A DNA stretch of 64,000 nucleotides, from positions 2,232,001 to 2,296,000 of the forward strand of contig OZ218953.1 in assembly GCA_965112735.1 (NCBI GenBank), in the 5' to 3' direction. The first letter of the stretch is position 1; each line of letters starts with the position of its first letter. Position numbers and translations under genes: made by a program. The notes under the pieces were generated by a model. It saw only the letters and a program-made list of their open reading frames with translations, had not been told where the DNA came from and ran no database searches. Shown here in pieces: positions 36,871 through 48,249 of this stretch. The DNA comes from Phaeosaccion multiseriatum (taxonomy: Eukaryota; Protista; Ochrophyta, other classes).

Positions 36871-37524
36871 CTGTGGTCCGCGACCCAAAGGCAGCAGAAG
36901 AGAGAGAGAGGGAGAGGGAGACGGAGAGTGAGAGAGAGGGGGGGGGTGGGGGGGAGGGTGGTGAGAGATGGAAGAAACAAGGGGGAGAGAAAAGAATAGT
37001 GACGGATAGACAGATAGTGAGTGTGAGAGAGAGAGAAGGTGAGAGAGAGAGAGGACGGGAAAAAAGAGAGGGGAAGAGAGAGGCTGGAAGGCGGCGAGAT
37101 AGATAGATGGGCACCAAATGCAGGAGAGAGAAGCAGGGAGAGTGAGAGATGAGCGAAACAGAGAGGAGAGCGAGAAGGGAGGGGGGGAGACACGGCGACG
37201 ACGAGAAAGATCGAAGATCCACAGAGACAGAGGGAGAGTTGAAAGTAAGGACATCCGCGGCACGTGTTTTCCCGGAGACAAACACGTGTTTGTCTGGGTT
37301 ATGGACTTGTTTGTCTGCGGGAACAAGGTATCATCACGCACCCAAGTAGGGCACTCACCTTATTTTTTTTGTTTTTTCTCTGTCGTGTTCTTGGGAATAT
37401 GTGGCAAACATGCTCGATTTGATACAATATCGATGCGGAAACATGTCTCGATTAAATATCGATATCGGTCTTTCTTCTGAGAGAGAGAAGGATGGACCAA
37501 TTGTCAAATGAATTAAAACAAAGA

Positions 37525-38769
37525 CTATACAGTAAAGTTTCCAGCCCCAGGTCCGTCGTCGTCGTCTTTGCCCTTGCCTCCTCCGAGGTTCTCGGAGCTG
37601 TACTCGCTGTAGATCCCCCCCCCCGCGCTGCTAGCTCCCTCGTCACCCTCCCCGAAACCCTTTCCCGTGGCCCTCCGCTTCAGCTCCTCGACCCCCTTGA
37701 TGGACTGCTCCTTGGCGATATCGTAGGCCCTTATGGTGCTCTCCTTCACCGCATCCGCCCCTTTGCTCGTTGCGTCAATCGCCTTGGCTTTGAATTGTTG
37801 TATTGTGGGCTGGGTGTCATGGGAGAAAAAGACAACAACAAGGAGGAGAAAGCAGCATGGGGGAACCAACAACAAAGGCAAGTATCAGCGTCTGCGCACT
37901 CTTGCGCCGGCGAGCTGTATGGGGTGGTCGAGCCCGTCAGGAGGCCGAGTTGACTCAACTTGATGGCACCTTGCACACTCCTCCTTCTCCACTCCTTTCA
38001 CACAAAACAGGCTCTTCAGGATGCTCAGAACAAAAGCTGCGTTTGTCGCCCATCCAGCGTGTAAGCACTGCTGACGAAAGACTAATCAATAATCATCATT
38101 GCATCTCACGCCACTCCTCACTGCCACTGCGCCCTTCTCTCTCTGGCCAACCACGTGCAATGCTTGCTCTTACCGCTGCGTCCTCCGCTGCTTCTGAAAC
38201 CTTCTTCCCTGCCCTCGCACACGCATCCAGCGACTTTTCCACGACAGGGGCGGCTGCCTCTCTCATGCTCTTGACAGTGTCTGAGTTCGACACGTCCTCC
38301 ACGCCCTTCTTGAGACTGCCCCAGCCCCACGCAAAGAGATCCTTGGCCTGCTCGATGCCATTGTTCTACCGGACGTGCATGCGGACAGGATGGGTTAGTA
38401 AGCCCTTGCGTAGTGTCATTGGCATCCAATGGATGCAACAGCTAGAGGACGAGTCGGGGGAGGCGTTACGTCTGAGGGTGGGGTGTTCAGAGGCTACGCA
38501 CAAGAGCGGGGAGTCCAGCAAGGGAGTGGGCACACATGACGCACCAGCTTGTCCTGGTTGACGATGTTCTCAAAAGACGATTTCGGCCCATCGTCATCCT
38601 CTTCGCTGTCGTATCCGCCAAAACCATCAGCAGGGTGGCTCCCATTTGTCTCCTCAAACTGTTGCTCTTCACCGCCGTCGTCAGCGATACCAGAATCGCT
38701 GATCCGCTGCGTCGGTGGCTTTGGAGGCACAATCTCCATTGACCCCTCATCTCCTGAGGGAACCTCCAT
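37525..38769 (-). CDS. Hypothetical ~233-aa protein with an acidic N-terminus and amphipathic-helical C-half
   Basis: Phase-0 exons 38769-38545, 38365-38174 and 37809-37525 join into one frame (AKDLFAWGWGSLKKGVEDV...AIDATSKGADAVKES...). No family recognised. Confidence 0.6.
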
Positions 38770-39223
38770 TCGTGCTGTGCTGCTGGAGAGGGGAGGCAGC
38801 AAGAGCAAGAGGGGAAAGAAAAAAAGACACGCGAAAAGAATTAGCGGTCCCCTTTGCAGAGAGGAAAGGTGGGCAGGAGTGTGAGTTGCTTTGACAGTGA
38901 GATATCAAGGGGAGTGAGTGAGGGGGGAGGCGGACAACAAGTCTTCGGAGAGGAAGAGAGGGAGGAGAGAAGGGGAGAGAGAGAAAGAAAAGATCCTTGC
39001 TCGCTGCCAAAGAGCGGTCCTGAAAGGAAACTGCTGGGCACACCTTTGCTTCTCCTCGTCCTTCTCCTATTCTATGGCCGGCCTTTTGTGTCCCTCTTCG
39101 CTGTGTGTGGCAAGTTGGAGACAGAGATGCCTATTTGGAAGCATATCGGCCTACTACCGGACATCCCAATCCCCCCCACCCCCCCCAATTCTCGAGCATT
39201 TCTCACAGCTGCAGCAGCTTAGC

Positions 39224-39621
39224 ATGACAGTAAGTGCGACGTGTCGAGGGAACGGGACGCGTCCAAGGGAGAGGGAGAGAGGAGAGAGAAGAGAGAACGA
39301 GCGAGCGATAGAGAGAGAGATGAGAGCAACGGGGAGCGAGAGTGAGAAGGAGAGAGAGAGAGTGAGAAGGAGAGAGAGAGACTTTGATAGGAAGAGAAAC
39401 TGAACATGAGTTTACATGCAACGGGTCGAGGGGAAGGGGCACGTCCAAGGGAGAGAGAGAGGAGCGAGCGAAAGAGAGCTGAGAGCAACGGGAAGAGAGC
39501 GAGCGAACGAGCGAGAGAGAGAGGGAAGAGAGAGGGATAGAGAACAGAGTCATAAAGTAAAGAGAAGCTGAGCAAGACTGTAATCTAGACGGGCCGAGGG
39601 GGGCGGTCCAACGGAGAAAGG

Positions 39622-39656
<35 letters not shown>

Positions 39657-40692
39657 GAGAGAGAGAGAGAGAGAGAGAGAGCGATCAGAGCAACGGGGAG
39701 AGAGAATAGACAATAGCGAAGGAGGTGTTCCCTCCTGAGATTCTATCTCTTGTGTGGCGCTCTTTGCTTCTGTTTTCCTGCTGCTTCGGTCTTCCCTGCC
39801 TCCGTCTGACTTCGCCAACTTACCCACCTCTCTTATGCTAACAATGTATCCCACAGGACAACCTCGGAGGGGGCGGGTCCGTTTCGGCAGAGGGCAGCGA
39901 GCTTCCACCAGAGGCCCAGGACCTCACAGTGTTTGTGCAAACAGTGCTGGAGCAAATGGTGCGTGTGTTGCAGACGTGCGCAATGAAAGGCACAAAGCCC
40001 CCCCCTCCCGCAAGGAGCAGGGTATACAGCAGGCCCGAGGGTGAAAGAAGGCGGGGAGGTGCGGCCTGCTGATGCACAGGATACCCAGGGGGGGTGGCGC
40101 CTCACATCACAGTCCTCGGCGAGAGAATATATACTAGCCCCGCTTTGGTCCAGACTGGTCGAGCGACTGACTGGCTGAATGCCTGGCCGAATGCCTCTCA
40201 CAATCCAACTCACGGACTGACGCCCCCCTTTCTCTCCCTCCCCCCCTGCTCCTCCCGCTCTCGGGGACACGCTTCAAACCCCTTCACATTGCAACACGTG
40301 CCTTTCCTGCCTCAGCAAAATCGGTTCACTCAAATGTCGGAGGCAATTATCGGGCGGGTAGACGAGATGGGATCACGCATAGATGATCTCGAAAAGTCGA
40401 TTCAGGACCTCATGGACCAGGTCAGTCAGGAGGGAGCACGAAGGGAAGGAGAAGAGGTAGATGGTAATGCTGGCTTGTCTTGTCTTCAAACTATGTCTGC
40501 ACACAAAGCGCCCTCCCCTCGTTTCTCCGTTCCTCTCCTGCTCCTTGTGGTACCACCACTCGGTCATGCCTGTTGTATCTTCTCATGCTTTTGGTCTCCC
40601 GTGTTGCGTTTGGACTACTGATGACCTGCTGCGACACCTGCTGCATGTTCTCCTACCACCACCGTTCGTGCTTGACGTGTGTGTGTGTGTGT

Positions 40693-40759
<67 letters not shown>

Positions 40760-40855
40760 TGTATGTGTGTGCCTCGCTTCGTCGCCTCTCAGAGCGGCGT
40801 GTCTCCAGGCGATGTGGACGCGGCGGCCGGGGGATCCAAGTCAGCAAAGGCATAG
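39224..40855 (+). CDS. HSBP1: Heat shock factor binding protein 1
   Basis: Exons 39224-39229 (ATGACA), 39857-39958, 40316-40420, 40793-40855. [49 protein letters not shown] is the HSBP1 coiled-coil signature. The first and last exons are less certain. Confidence 0.92.
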
Positions 40856-41682
40856 GCCAGGCGCAAGGAGAGTACATGATGTAAGATAAACCCCAAATTC
40901 TCTGTTTTTTTTGTTTTTAATTAAAATTTGGTCTCGACTTCCCAACAATGTCACTATACATTGCCTACGGAGCTGAAGTCATCGGCAATCTCTGGCCAGT
41001 TGTGGATTGTGACACGTATGTACAGAGGGGAGTCGTGTTGCTCTCGTTCCATTCCGTGCGTACTCCTCACACCCCTCCACTGGACAGAGCTTGCCCAAGG
41101 CATGCACACGCCTCCTACAGTTTTCCCCTCCTTCCCTCCCATCCGCAGTATTCACCGCTGGCGTAGGGCTTGCCATCACGCCCGGTTGCCCTCTTCCCCT
41201 CCCATCCGCGGCGTTCACCGCCGCTGTAGGGCGGGTCTTCAGACCAGTGACAGAAGCTGGCAAGAACTTCGAATGCGTTCTCACCCTCCTCCTCCTCTGC
41301 GCAAGAGGAGGATGAAGCTGACACTCGCTGCATATCCTTGCCCCTCGACTGCCGTCGATTCCTCAATGTCCGTGGCCGCGCCGCTCGGGGGAGGGGGGGG
41401 GGCAGGCAGAGCGGCAGAGGGGAGACGAATCGCGGTAAAGGCTTGGGACAAACAAGGCTGAAGGAATAGCGCGGGCGCACACGAGATGGAGGTAGCAGCA
41501 CAGGTCCTCGAATCTGTCTGCTGTGGAAGGGGCTCCAACGCGCCGAGCGCTAGGGCGCAGGCTACGGCCCCACAAAAGCCTCGATCGAGGAGAGCCAATC
41601 AGCGCTCCATCCTTGTAGGGGGCGGCCCCGCCTGGGGGAAGCAGTGGGAGAGAGCGTTGGGAGGCGGCGCCAGAGCCATCAA

Positions 41683-42870
41683 TCACACTTTCCCGCCGCT
41701 TTCTATGCTGCTGCCCGTGTCGCTGAGATGGTTGCCATCGATGGCACCGCTGCCGCTGTCCCCATCGTCCTCGTCGGACCGGCCGCCCGCTCCTTCGCCG
41801 TCACTACTGACAAAGTTCTCCTCGTCGTCTTCCTCACTATCGTCATCATCATCGTCATCGCTGCTATAGTCACTGGTGTCCTCGTCCTCCTCGGAGTCAC
41901 TTGATTTGCCCCCAATGGCGGCGGCGGTAGCAGACTCCAGCTCCTTCCTCTCCTTTTCCCTGCAGGCCCGCTCCTTGGTCCACTCCATTTGGTCAAAGAG
42001 CAAGCGGTCTGGACAGTACAGTCTCATCCACTGCTGCGTCGTCGGACTCAGGCCCATGGGCGTGTAGGCATGCTGCCAGCCCCGCACCCCCAAATGCACC
42101 ATGGCCATTCGAAAGTAGCTGGTGAAGCTGTCCGCGAGCAAGTGCCACCTGCACCCCAAGTCCTTGAACCAGACTTGAGTGCAGAGCGGCGAAGAGCCCG
42201 AGGCGGACGACCCTGATCCTCCTCCCCCCCCCCCCTTCCCATCGGCCCCCTCACTACTCACGCCCTTCGGGGCCCCGCCTGAGATCGACGCTTCTTCGTC
42301 GGACTTGCCGTAGATGAGCACCACATTGCCCACGTCCTCGGACACATCAATACCAAACGCTGCAACGGGCTCGAGTCTCGCCACGCCCGGGGAAGCTGCT
42401 GAACATCTGGACAGCGCAGGTCGTCGGCTGCCCGCCACATGGCCTCCTCCACTCGCTTCATCTGAGTCGTCCTTCTCCTCGTCATCATCATCCAAGGGCA
42501 GGCGGTTGAGATCCGCCAGCCCTGGGAAGCGCAACTCGCCCACGTAGGCCGACGCCTTGTCGCGCAGCTTGGACGTCCACCGCACGACGAGGCCATTGGA
42601 GAAGTCCAGAAAGGCGCGCAGATCCTGCGGCAGCACGTATGGGTAGTTCTTGTCTTCCCAGCGTGCAATAGCCACGGCCGTGGCGGGTGCAATGGCGCTC
42701 ACCAACACGCTGCCCACGCCGGCAATCTGGGGAGAGATGTGCTGCTGCTGCTGGTCCTGTCGCTGTCTGAGAATGTCGAAGCCAAGGCTGTCCAGCACCT
42801 GCCGCTGCTTGGGGGGCAGCGCGTGCAGGTTGCGCATGGCAGGCTCTCGATCACCGCCCCTGGAGGGCAT
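41683..42870 (-). CDS. TPGS2: Tubulin polyglutamylase complex subunit 2 (SMI1/KNR4-like fold), apparently intronless, with acidic tail
   Basis: WEDKNYPYVLPQDLRAFLDFSNGLVVRW and VWFKDLGCRWHLLADSFTSYFRMAMVHLGVRGWQHAYTPMGLSP..QQW match the TPGS2 conserved blocks. Confidence 0.85.
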   Translation of the reverse strand: MPSRGGDREPAMRNLHALPPKQRQVLDSLGFDILRQRQDQQQQHISPQIAGVGSVLVSAIAPATAVAIARWEDKNYPYVLPQDLRAFLDFSNGLVVRWTSKLRDKASAYVGELRFPGLADLNRLPLDDDDEEKDDSDEASGGGHVAGSRRPALSRCSAASPGVARLEPVAAFGIDVSEDVGNVVLIYGKSDEEASISGGAPKGVSSEGADGKGGGGGGSGSSASGSSPLCTQVWFKDLGCRWHLLADSFTSYFRMAMVHLGVRGWQHAYTPMGLSPTTQQWMRLYCPDRLLFDQMEWTKERACREKERKELESATAAAIGGKSSDSEEDEDTSDYSSDDDDDDDSEEDDEENFVSSDGEGAGGRSDEDDGDSGSGAIDGNHLSDTGSSIESGGKV

Positions 42871-43062
42871 GCCTACCGCCGCTTATCACCCTCACTCCAT
42901 TTGCCCTGCAACTGCCGCGAGGTGTGGAGTGGAGTTTTGCTTCACACCATCCCGTGTGCAGCCTACACCCTTGGGTAATCTCTGCGGCTGGCTCCGCACA
43001 ACTACAGCCACAGGAGAGAGAGGCAGAGAGATAAGCATAAGCAAAGAGAAAGAGACATAATC

Positions 43063-44551
43063 ATGGACGGTGGCGGAGGAGACTACGGAGGGGCATGGTC
43101 CGGCGGCGGAGGAGGCCGAGGGGGAGGAGGCGGCGGACGGTGAGTGTAACGAAGAGGTCGCATCTTTGACCGGTTGCCGTAGTATCAAGGTGTAGAAAGA
43201 GAGTGCAGAGACGGGACAAGAGTGGAGGCGGCACAGGGGTGTCAGAGAGCGAAGATTGGGCTCGGGCGCTGCGCTTTTGTTGGTTGGCTGCTCCTTGCGC
43301 GGGGTTTCCCCCTTCTCTTCCCCCAACGCTTGGGCCGGAGCCACTCTCTGGTTCGCACACGCGCAGCTGGTCTTTCCGCCCTTCTCTCCGCTCTCCCCCG
43401 TTGCCTTCCGATGGCTGGGAGGCCTATGCTAGCGAGGCCACCGTGCTTTCGGCACTCCCCTTCATCGTGCTTGTTATTTTACATCAATTCCGAATCCCAT
43501 CTCACCCTGCTCTCGCGCCTCGTCCCTGCTCCCACACCACAGTGGCGTCTGCTACGCTTTCCAGGAGGGAAACTGCAACTACGGTAAGGCGCTCTTGAGG
43601 CCCAAGGTGTGCGGGGTGGAGGGGATGTTAGCGAAGCGCGGGGGAGAGTAAAACGTAAGGCTGGTCTTCTTCAAGTGGAGTGCTCGTCGGAAGGCCCCGT
43701 GCTCCCTGCCCGTCCCCCTTACTCTGCTCGCACATGTTCCCGATCAAATATGAGCCTGACATGTCTCCCTCCCGTCCGATCCTTTTTCCTCTGTCTTCCC
43801 GCTCCTCGCAGGTGAGTCGTGCCGATTCTCCCACGATGGCGCTGGGGGTGCGGGCGGCGGAGGAGGGGGCTACGGAGGAGGAGGAGGAGGAGGAGGTTAC
43901 TCGGGAGGCCGAGGCGGTGGTGGCCGTGGCATATGCTACGCCTTCCAGGAGGGAAACTGCAACTACGGTAAGCCTTAGCGTGCCAGAGATTTTTTTGCTG
44001 CTTGGCCTTCCCCCGCTCTCCACCTTTTGCTCCCGAGCCATTGCGTCCTTAATTTTTCCCTCTCTAATTTTCACCCGTCCTCTTCCTCTCCTCAAATAGG
44101 TGACGGCTGCCGATTCTCCCACGACGGTCCGGGAGGAGCCGGCGGAGGAGGCGGAGGAGGAGGAGGCTTTGGCGGACACTGGGGAGGAGGTGACCGCGGA
44201 GGAGGAGGCTACAGCGGAGGAGGAGGCGGCTTCGGCGGAGGGCGCAAGACCGGCATTTGCTACGCATTCCAGGACGGCAACTGCCAGTACGGTGAGGGCT
44301 GCCGATTCTCCCACGAGGCCGGAGCCGCCGGAGCAGGAGCAGGAGGAGGAGGAGGAGGAGGGTTCGGAGGAGGCGGATACGGAGGCCGCTCCAGGGGCAT
44401 GTGCTATGACTTCCAGGATGGGCGATGCAACCGCGGCGACAGCTGCAGGTTCTCCCACGGAGCCCCCGGTGCCGAGGCACCACCTGCCGGAGGAGGAGGC
44501 ATGGGCGGAGGCGACGGGGGCTACGGAGGCGGCGGAGGAGGCGGCTACTAA
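43063..44551 (+). CDS. Glycine-rich RNA-binding protein with four C-x7-C-x5-C-x3-H (CCCH) zinc fingers
   Basis: Exons 43063-43139, 43543-43583, 43812-43967, 44100-44551. Fingers: CYAFQEGNCNYGESCRFSH, CYAFQEGNCNYGDGCRFSH, CYAFQDGNCQYGEGCRFSH, CYDFQDGRCNRGDSCRFSH, separated by RGG/YGG/FGG linkers. Confidence 0.9.
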
Positions 44552-45597
44552 GCGCATCCTCCAAGTGGACGCGAGATTGTCGACAGCACTGGTGGTGTAA
44601 CGACAACAAACGGATGAGCCTGCTTCCGCTTCACGGCGGAAGTAAGGGAAATGGGAACGGGGGGGTTGGGGGTTCAGGGGAGGGGGGGTGGGGTTTCGGG
44701 TTTGGGGTTTGGGGTTTGGGTGCACGTGTGTGATTTTGAGAGTGAAGTTTTTCGTTGGTGGAAGGCGGCCGAATGATTGGATTCGGTTGTTGCAAGAGAG
44801 GAGAGGAGGGGTGAGCGGAGGAGCAGGGGGAAGAGATTGGTGTCTTAACTCACACTTTTTGCCCCCCTTTGAACGTGGCAAAGGGGGGTCAAGAGCGAGC
44901 CGTGGGGAAGCTGCAGTGATGCCGCCTCTCGGAGGTTTGATACAGATGTGAGGCAGGAGATGGATGTCGAGAGAAAGAGGGGAGAGGAGAGAGAGTGGTG
45001 CTTTTTGGAGATGTAAATTGGAGTGGTCCGCAGGCGGTCGACGGAATCAGACGGAAAATGAACTTTACGAAGAGTTGGGGGGTGGTGGTTCGGGGTTAAG
45101 CAAAGAAAACAAATGTGGTAGAGGGAGAAAAGGGGGCGCGGGAGAAAAGTGAGAAGGGGGGGGTTAGGGCGAGGGAGAGAGAGACCGAGAGAAAATGGGA
45201 GAGGAGAGAGAGGAACAGGGAGAGCATTATACTACTGAGGAGGTGGGAGCGAGAGAGGTGTGTGGGGTGTTGAACGGTAGACTCGGGAGGTCTTAAAAGA
45301 GAACAAGGCGGCATAAGGAGGAAGGGAAGGAAGGATTAGGAGGGAAGAAAAAAAGCGCACAGCGTTTGGAAGAACTCGGTGCGTACAGATCATCGTCGCG
45401 AACATCGAATCGCTTTTATGCGAATAAGCGAACAGCAACACAGTTCTTCATTTCCCTTTCTTTTGGATGGCTATTCCCTCTTGGAGCAGGCTAGCCCCCC
45501 CCCCCGATTGTCGTAGTTGCCCTCCCCATCCGGCGACACCATTCCTCACAGGCTGGCGGCGAGTTGCTTATGCAACGAATTCCCGCGCTTTTGATAT

Positions 45598-45757
45598 TTC
45601 TTGATTCGCTTCTGTGGAACGCTCTTCAAACGGGCCGCCCGCCCTTAAACACAGAGAGTGACAGCGAGAGAGAAAGAGAGAGAGAAAGAGAAAGAGAGGG
45701 AGAGGGAGAGAGTGACGGGAAGCGAGAGAAAGAGAGGGAGAGAGAGAGACAGCGAGT

Positions 45758-45800
<43 letters not shown>

Positions 45801-45982
45801 AGAGAAGGGAAGAGAGAGAGACAGAGAGACAGGAATAATCCGCTCATTCTTGATTCGCTTCTGTGGAACGCTCTTCAAACGCGCCCTTAAATACAGAGAG
45901 TGACAGGAAGCGAGAGAAAGAGAGGTAGAGAGAGAGACAGCGAGTGGCAGAGAGAGAGAGAGAGAGAAAGAGAAAGAGAAGA

Positions 45983-46048
<66 letters not shown>

Positions 46049-46082
46049 GAAGGGAAGAGAGAGAGACAGAGAGACAGGAATA
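45598..46082 (+). repeat. ~250-bp tandem direct duplication containing (GA)n tracts, upstream of the AIM24 gene
   Basis: TTCTTGATTCGCTTCTGTGGAACGCTCTTCAAACG at 45598 and 45847. Both units end GGGAAGAGAGAGAGACAGAGAGACAGGAATA. Confidence 0.85.
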
Positions 46083-46120
46083 GAGAGAACGTTTCAGAGA
46101 ACGAGAGAGACGCTTTAAAC

Positions 46121-47020
46121 ATGGTTAGGGAAGCGGTCACCTGGACGATCCTGAACCAGGGGTCTATGTGTAGAGTGGATCTACCGCCCAGTGAATCTAT
46201 TCAGTGCAAATCTAATGCGGTGGTGTCAATGTCCAATGAATGCGACGTGCAAGCTGGGACGCCAGGGGGGCTGTGCGCTGGTTTGGCAAGGCATTTGTTC
46301 ACTCGGCAGAGCTTCTCCCAGACCGAATTGAAGAATACGTTAGACACAGTAGGGGACGCGATCCTGGCTCCATGGGAACACGGAGGCCTCGCCCTTCACT
46401 TGCTGGTCGATGAGCCAGGTGCGGACATGCTGATCGCCAAGGGAGCCTACTTCGCTTCGGACAAGGCCGTGCTCATTTCAAGCGAGTTGCAGAGCCACCT
46501 TGGCAGTTCGCTCATCGCCAAGACGGGCTTCTTCGTCCTGCGAGCGCATGGACATGGAACGGTTGCTCTCGCTGCGCATGGATCCGTTCACCAATGTGAT
46601 TTGGGTGAGGGCGAGTTTCGTAAGATCGACAATGGGCATGTCGTCGCCTGGACAGCCTGCATGGCGTACAAGACTTGTCTGGCGAGCCGCGGCGGAGGCC
46701 TTTGGGGTAGCTGGAGGAGCGGCGAAGGCTTCATGTGCGAATTCCAGGGCCCCGGAACCGTCTACGTACAGAGTCACACACGGACCTTCAACACGCAGCC
46801 AGAAAGGCGCTCTCTTTTGTGGGGCGTGGTCGCGTATGTGTTCGGCACTGTTGTAAGAACATTTGCTGTGTTCTCGCTTCTCATATTTTTCCTTCTTCTT
46901 CTGATCATCGTGTTACAGATGAGGATCGAACGAGCGCTTTCGGTGATTTTCAACTCCTTACACTATTTTCTGAAGGAGGAACAATTCGTGGACCAATTGC
47001 CCGCATTTTTGGGAACGTAA
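46121..47020 (+). CDS. AIM24 / DUF124 family protein with a C-terminal hydrophobic (TM) segment, intronless
   Basis: 299-aa ORF. Motifs VDLPPSESIQCKSNAVVSMS, KGAYFA, GFFVLRAHGHGTVALAAHGS, IDNGHVVAW, SGEGFMCEFQGPGTVYVQS are typical of the AIM24 family. The upstream in-frame ERERE stretch is microsatellite. Confidence 0.88.
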   Translation: MVREAVTWTILNQGSMCRVDLPPSESIQCKSNAVVSMSNECDVQAGTPGGLCAGLARHLFTRQSFSQTELKNTLDTVGDAILAPWEHGGLALHLLVDEPGADMLIAKGAYFASDKAVLISSELQSHLGSSLIAKTGFFVLRAHGHGTVALAAHGSVHQCDLGEGEFRKIDNGHVVAWTACMAYKTCLASRGGGLWGSWRSGEGFMCEFQGPGTVYVQSHTRTFNTQPERRSLLWGVVAYVFGTVVRTFAVFSLLIFFLLLLIIVLQMRIERALSVIFNSLHYFLKEEQFVDQLPAFLGT

Positions 47021-48167
47021 CACTATAGTTAGTTGGCTGTCACAGCAATGACTCGTGTGGTGCATAAACGACTGCAAATAGATGGTGCTTCTCCCCTCAG
47101 TCTTATCGCCCTACCTCCCCGCCCGTCACTGTACCGTACCCCCACCCGTTCCCTCCTCTTACGAAGCTGAGATGCTCGCCAGCGGAGCGCCGCCCCTTCC
47201 ATCACTCCTCCATGTAAAGATTCCTTCCTCCTAAAAAAACAGCCTCCTCCTCCTCACTTCACAAGTGTGTCGCTGCGGCATGCTGTCGTATGCTCGCCTG
47301 GCAGGTCCTTCTCACTCATTTGCTTCTCCACCCCCTCAGGTTGTGTCCCACTCTGAGGCTGATTGAGGCCCTGCCTGGCCGTCCTTCGCTGCCACCGGTC
47401 CGCCAAGGAAGCTTCCCTCAGAGCTGACAACGGTGCCCTTATGCTGCCATTGCCCACGCTGCCGTTACCGTCTCAGAGGGCCCCTCTCGCCGCAGAAGCC
47501 GGCTACGCCCTCTTCGATAGTTGCGTCGCAGTCGCCTTCTTTTGCTGCCGCTCCAGGCACTGGGGCCCTCTTGTTCTTTCCGCCGCAGCCCCGCTGTATA
47601 TGCAACACCCTGAGCGGGAGCGACGAGCCCGAACCCGCACCCATGCTTGCAAGTGGGGCAGGGCGGAGAGAAGGTCCCGCAACTGCCCGAACGGGCCAGC
47701 TCCCCCGCCGAAATCAACGTGAGAGAGCAAGTGCAAAACTGAACGCCCCACGGGGCTGTGAGACGCGTAGTGCTCCTCTGCAGCTGACCTTGGGCACATG
47801 TTGGTCCCTTGCCCGTCGTCGCCATGAGGCCAATCACCATATCCATTGCCGTCGCTCAGCCGCAAGGGTTCCTGCGTCGCCTCTGACGCAGGGCGGCGCT
47901 TCAGGCCATCTGTGATCCCCCAGCCTCATCCTCGGGACGACTTGGGGGCCTTTACCACTCCACCCTCACTGAGGCGAGCTTGCAAGTGTCTCCTCTTGCA
48001 AAAGCTGCGCCACTGCTGCCACTCATTCTAATGCGGCCCTCTTTCGTCGCACCACAGAATCTCTAGCGCTGCTGGCTCTCTTGCCTCTATCCTCCCCGGA
48101 TGAAGAGCAAATTGTGTCAAATCTCCATACGCTTCTGGTGGTGTATAGCCCCCCCCTCCCCCACTGC

Positions 48168-48218
48168 CTATCCGGAAGCATTACCGGTCATATGGGCAAA
48201 TTGTCGCTGCTCCTGCTG

Positions 48219-48249
<31 letters not shown>

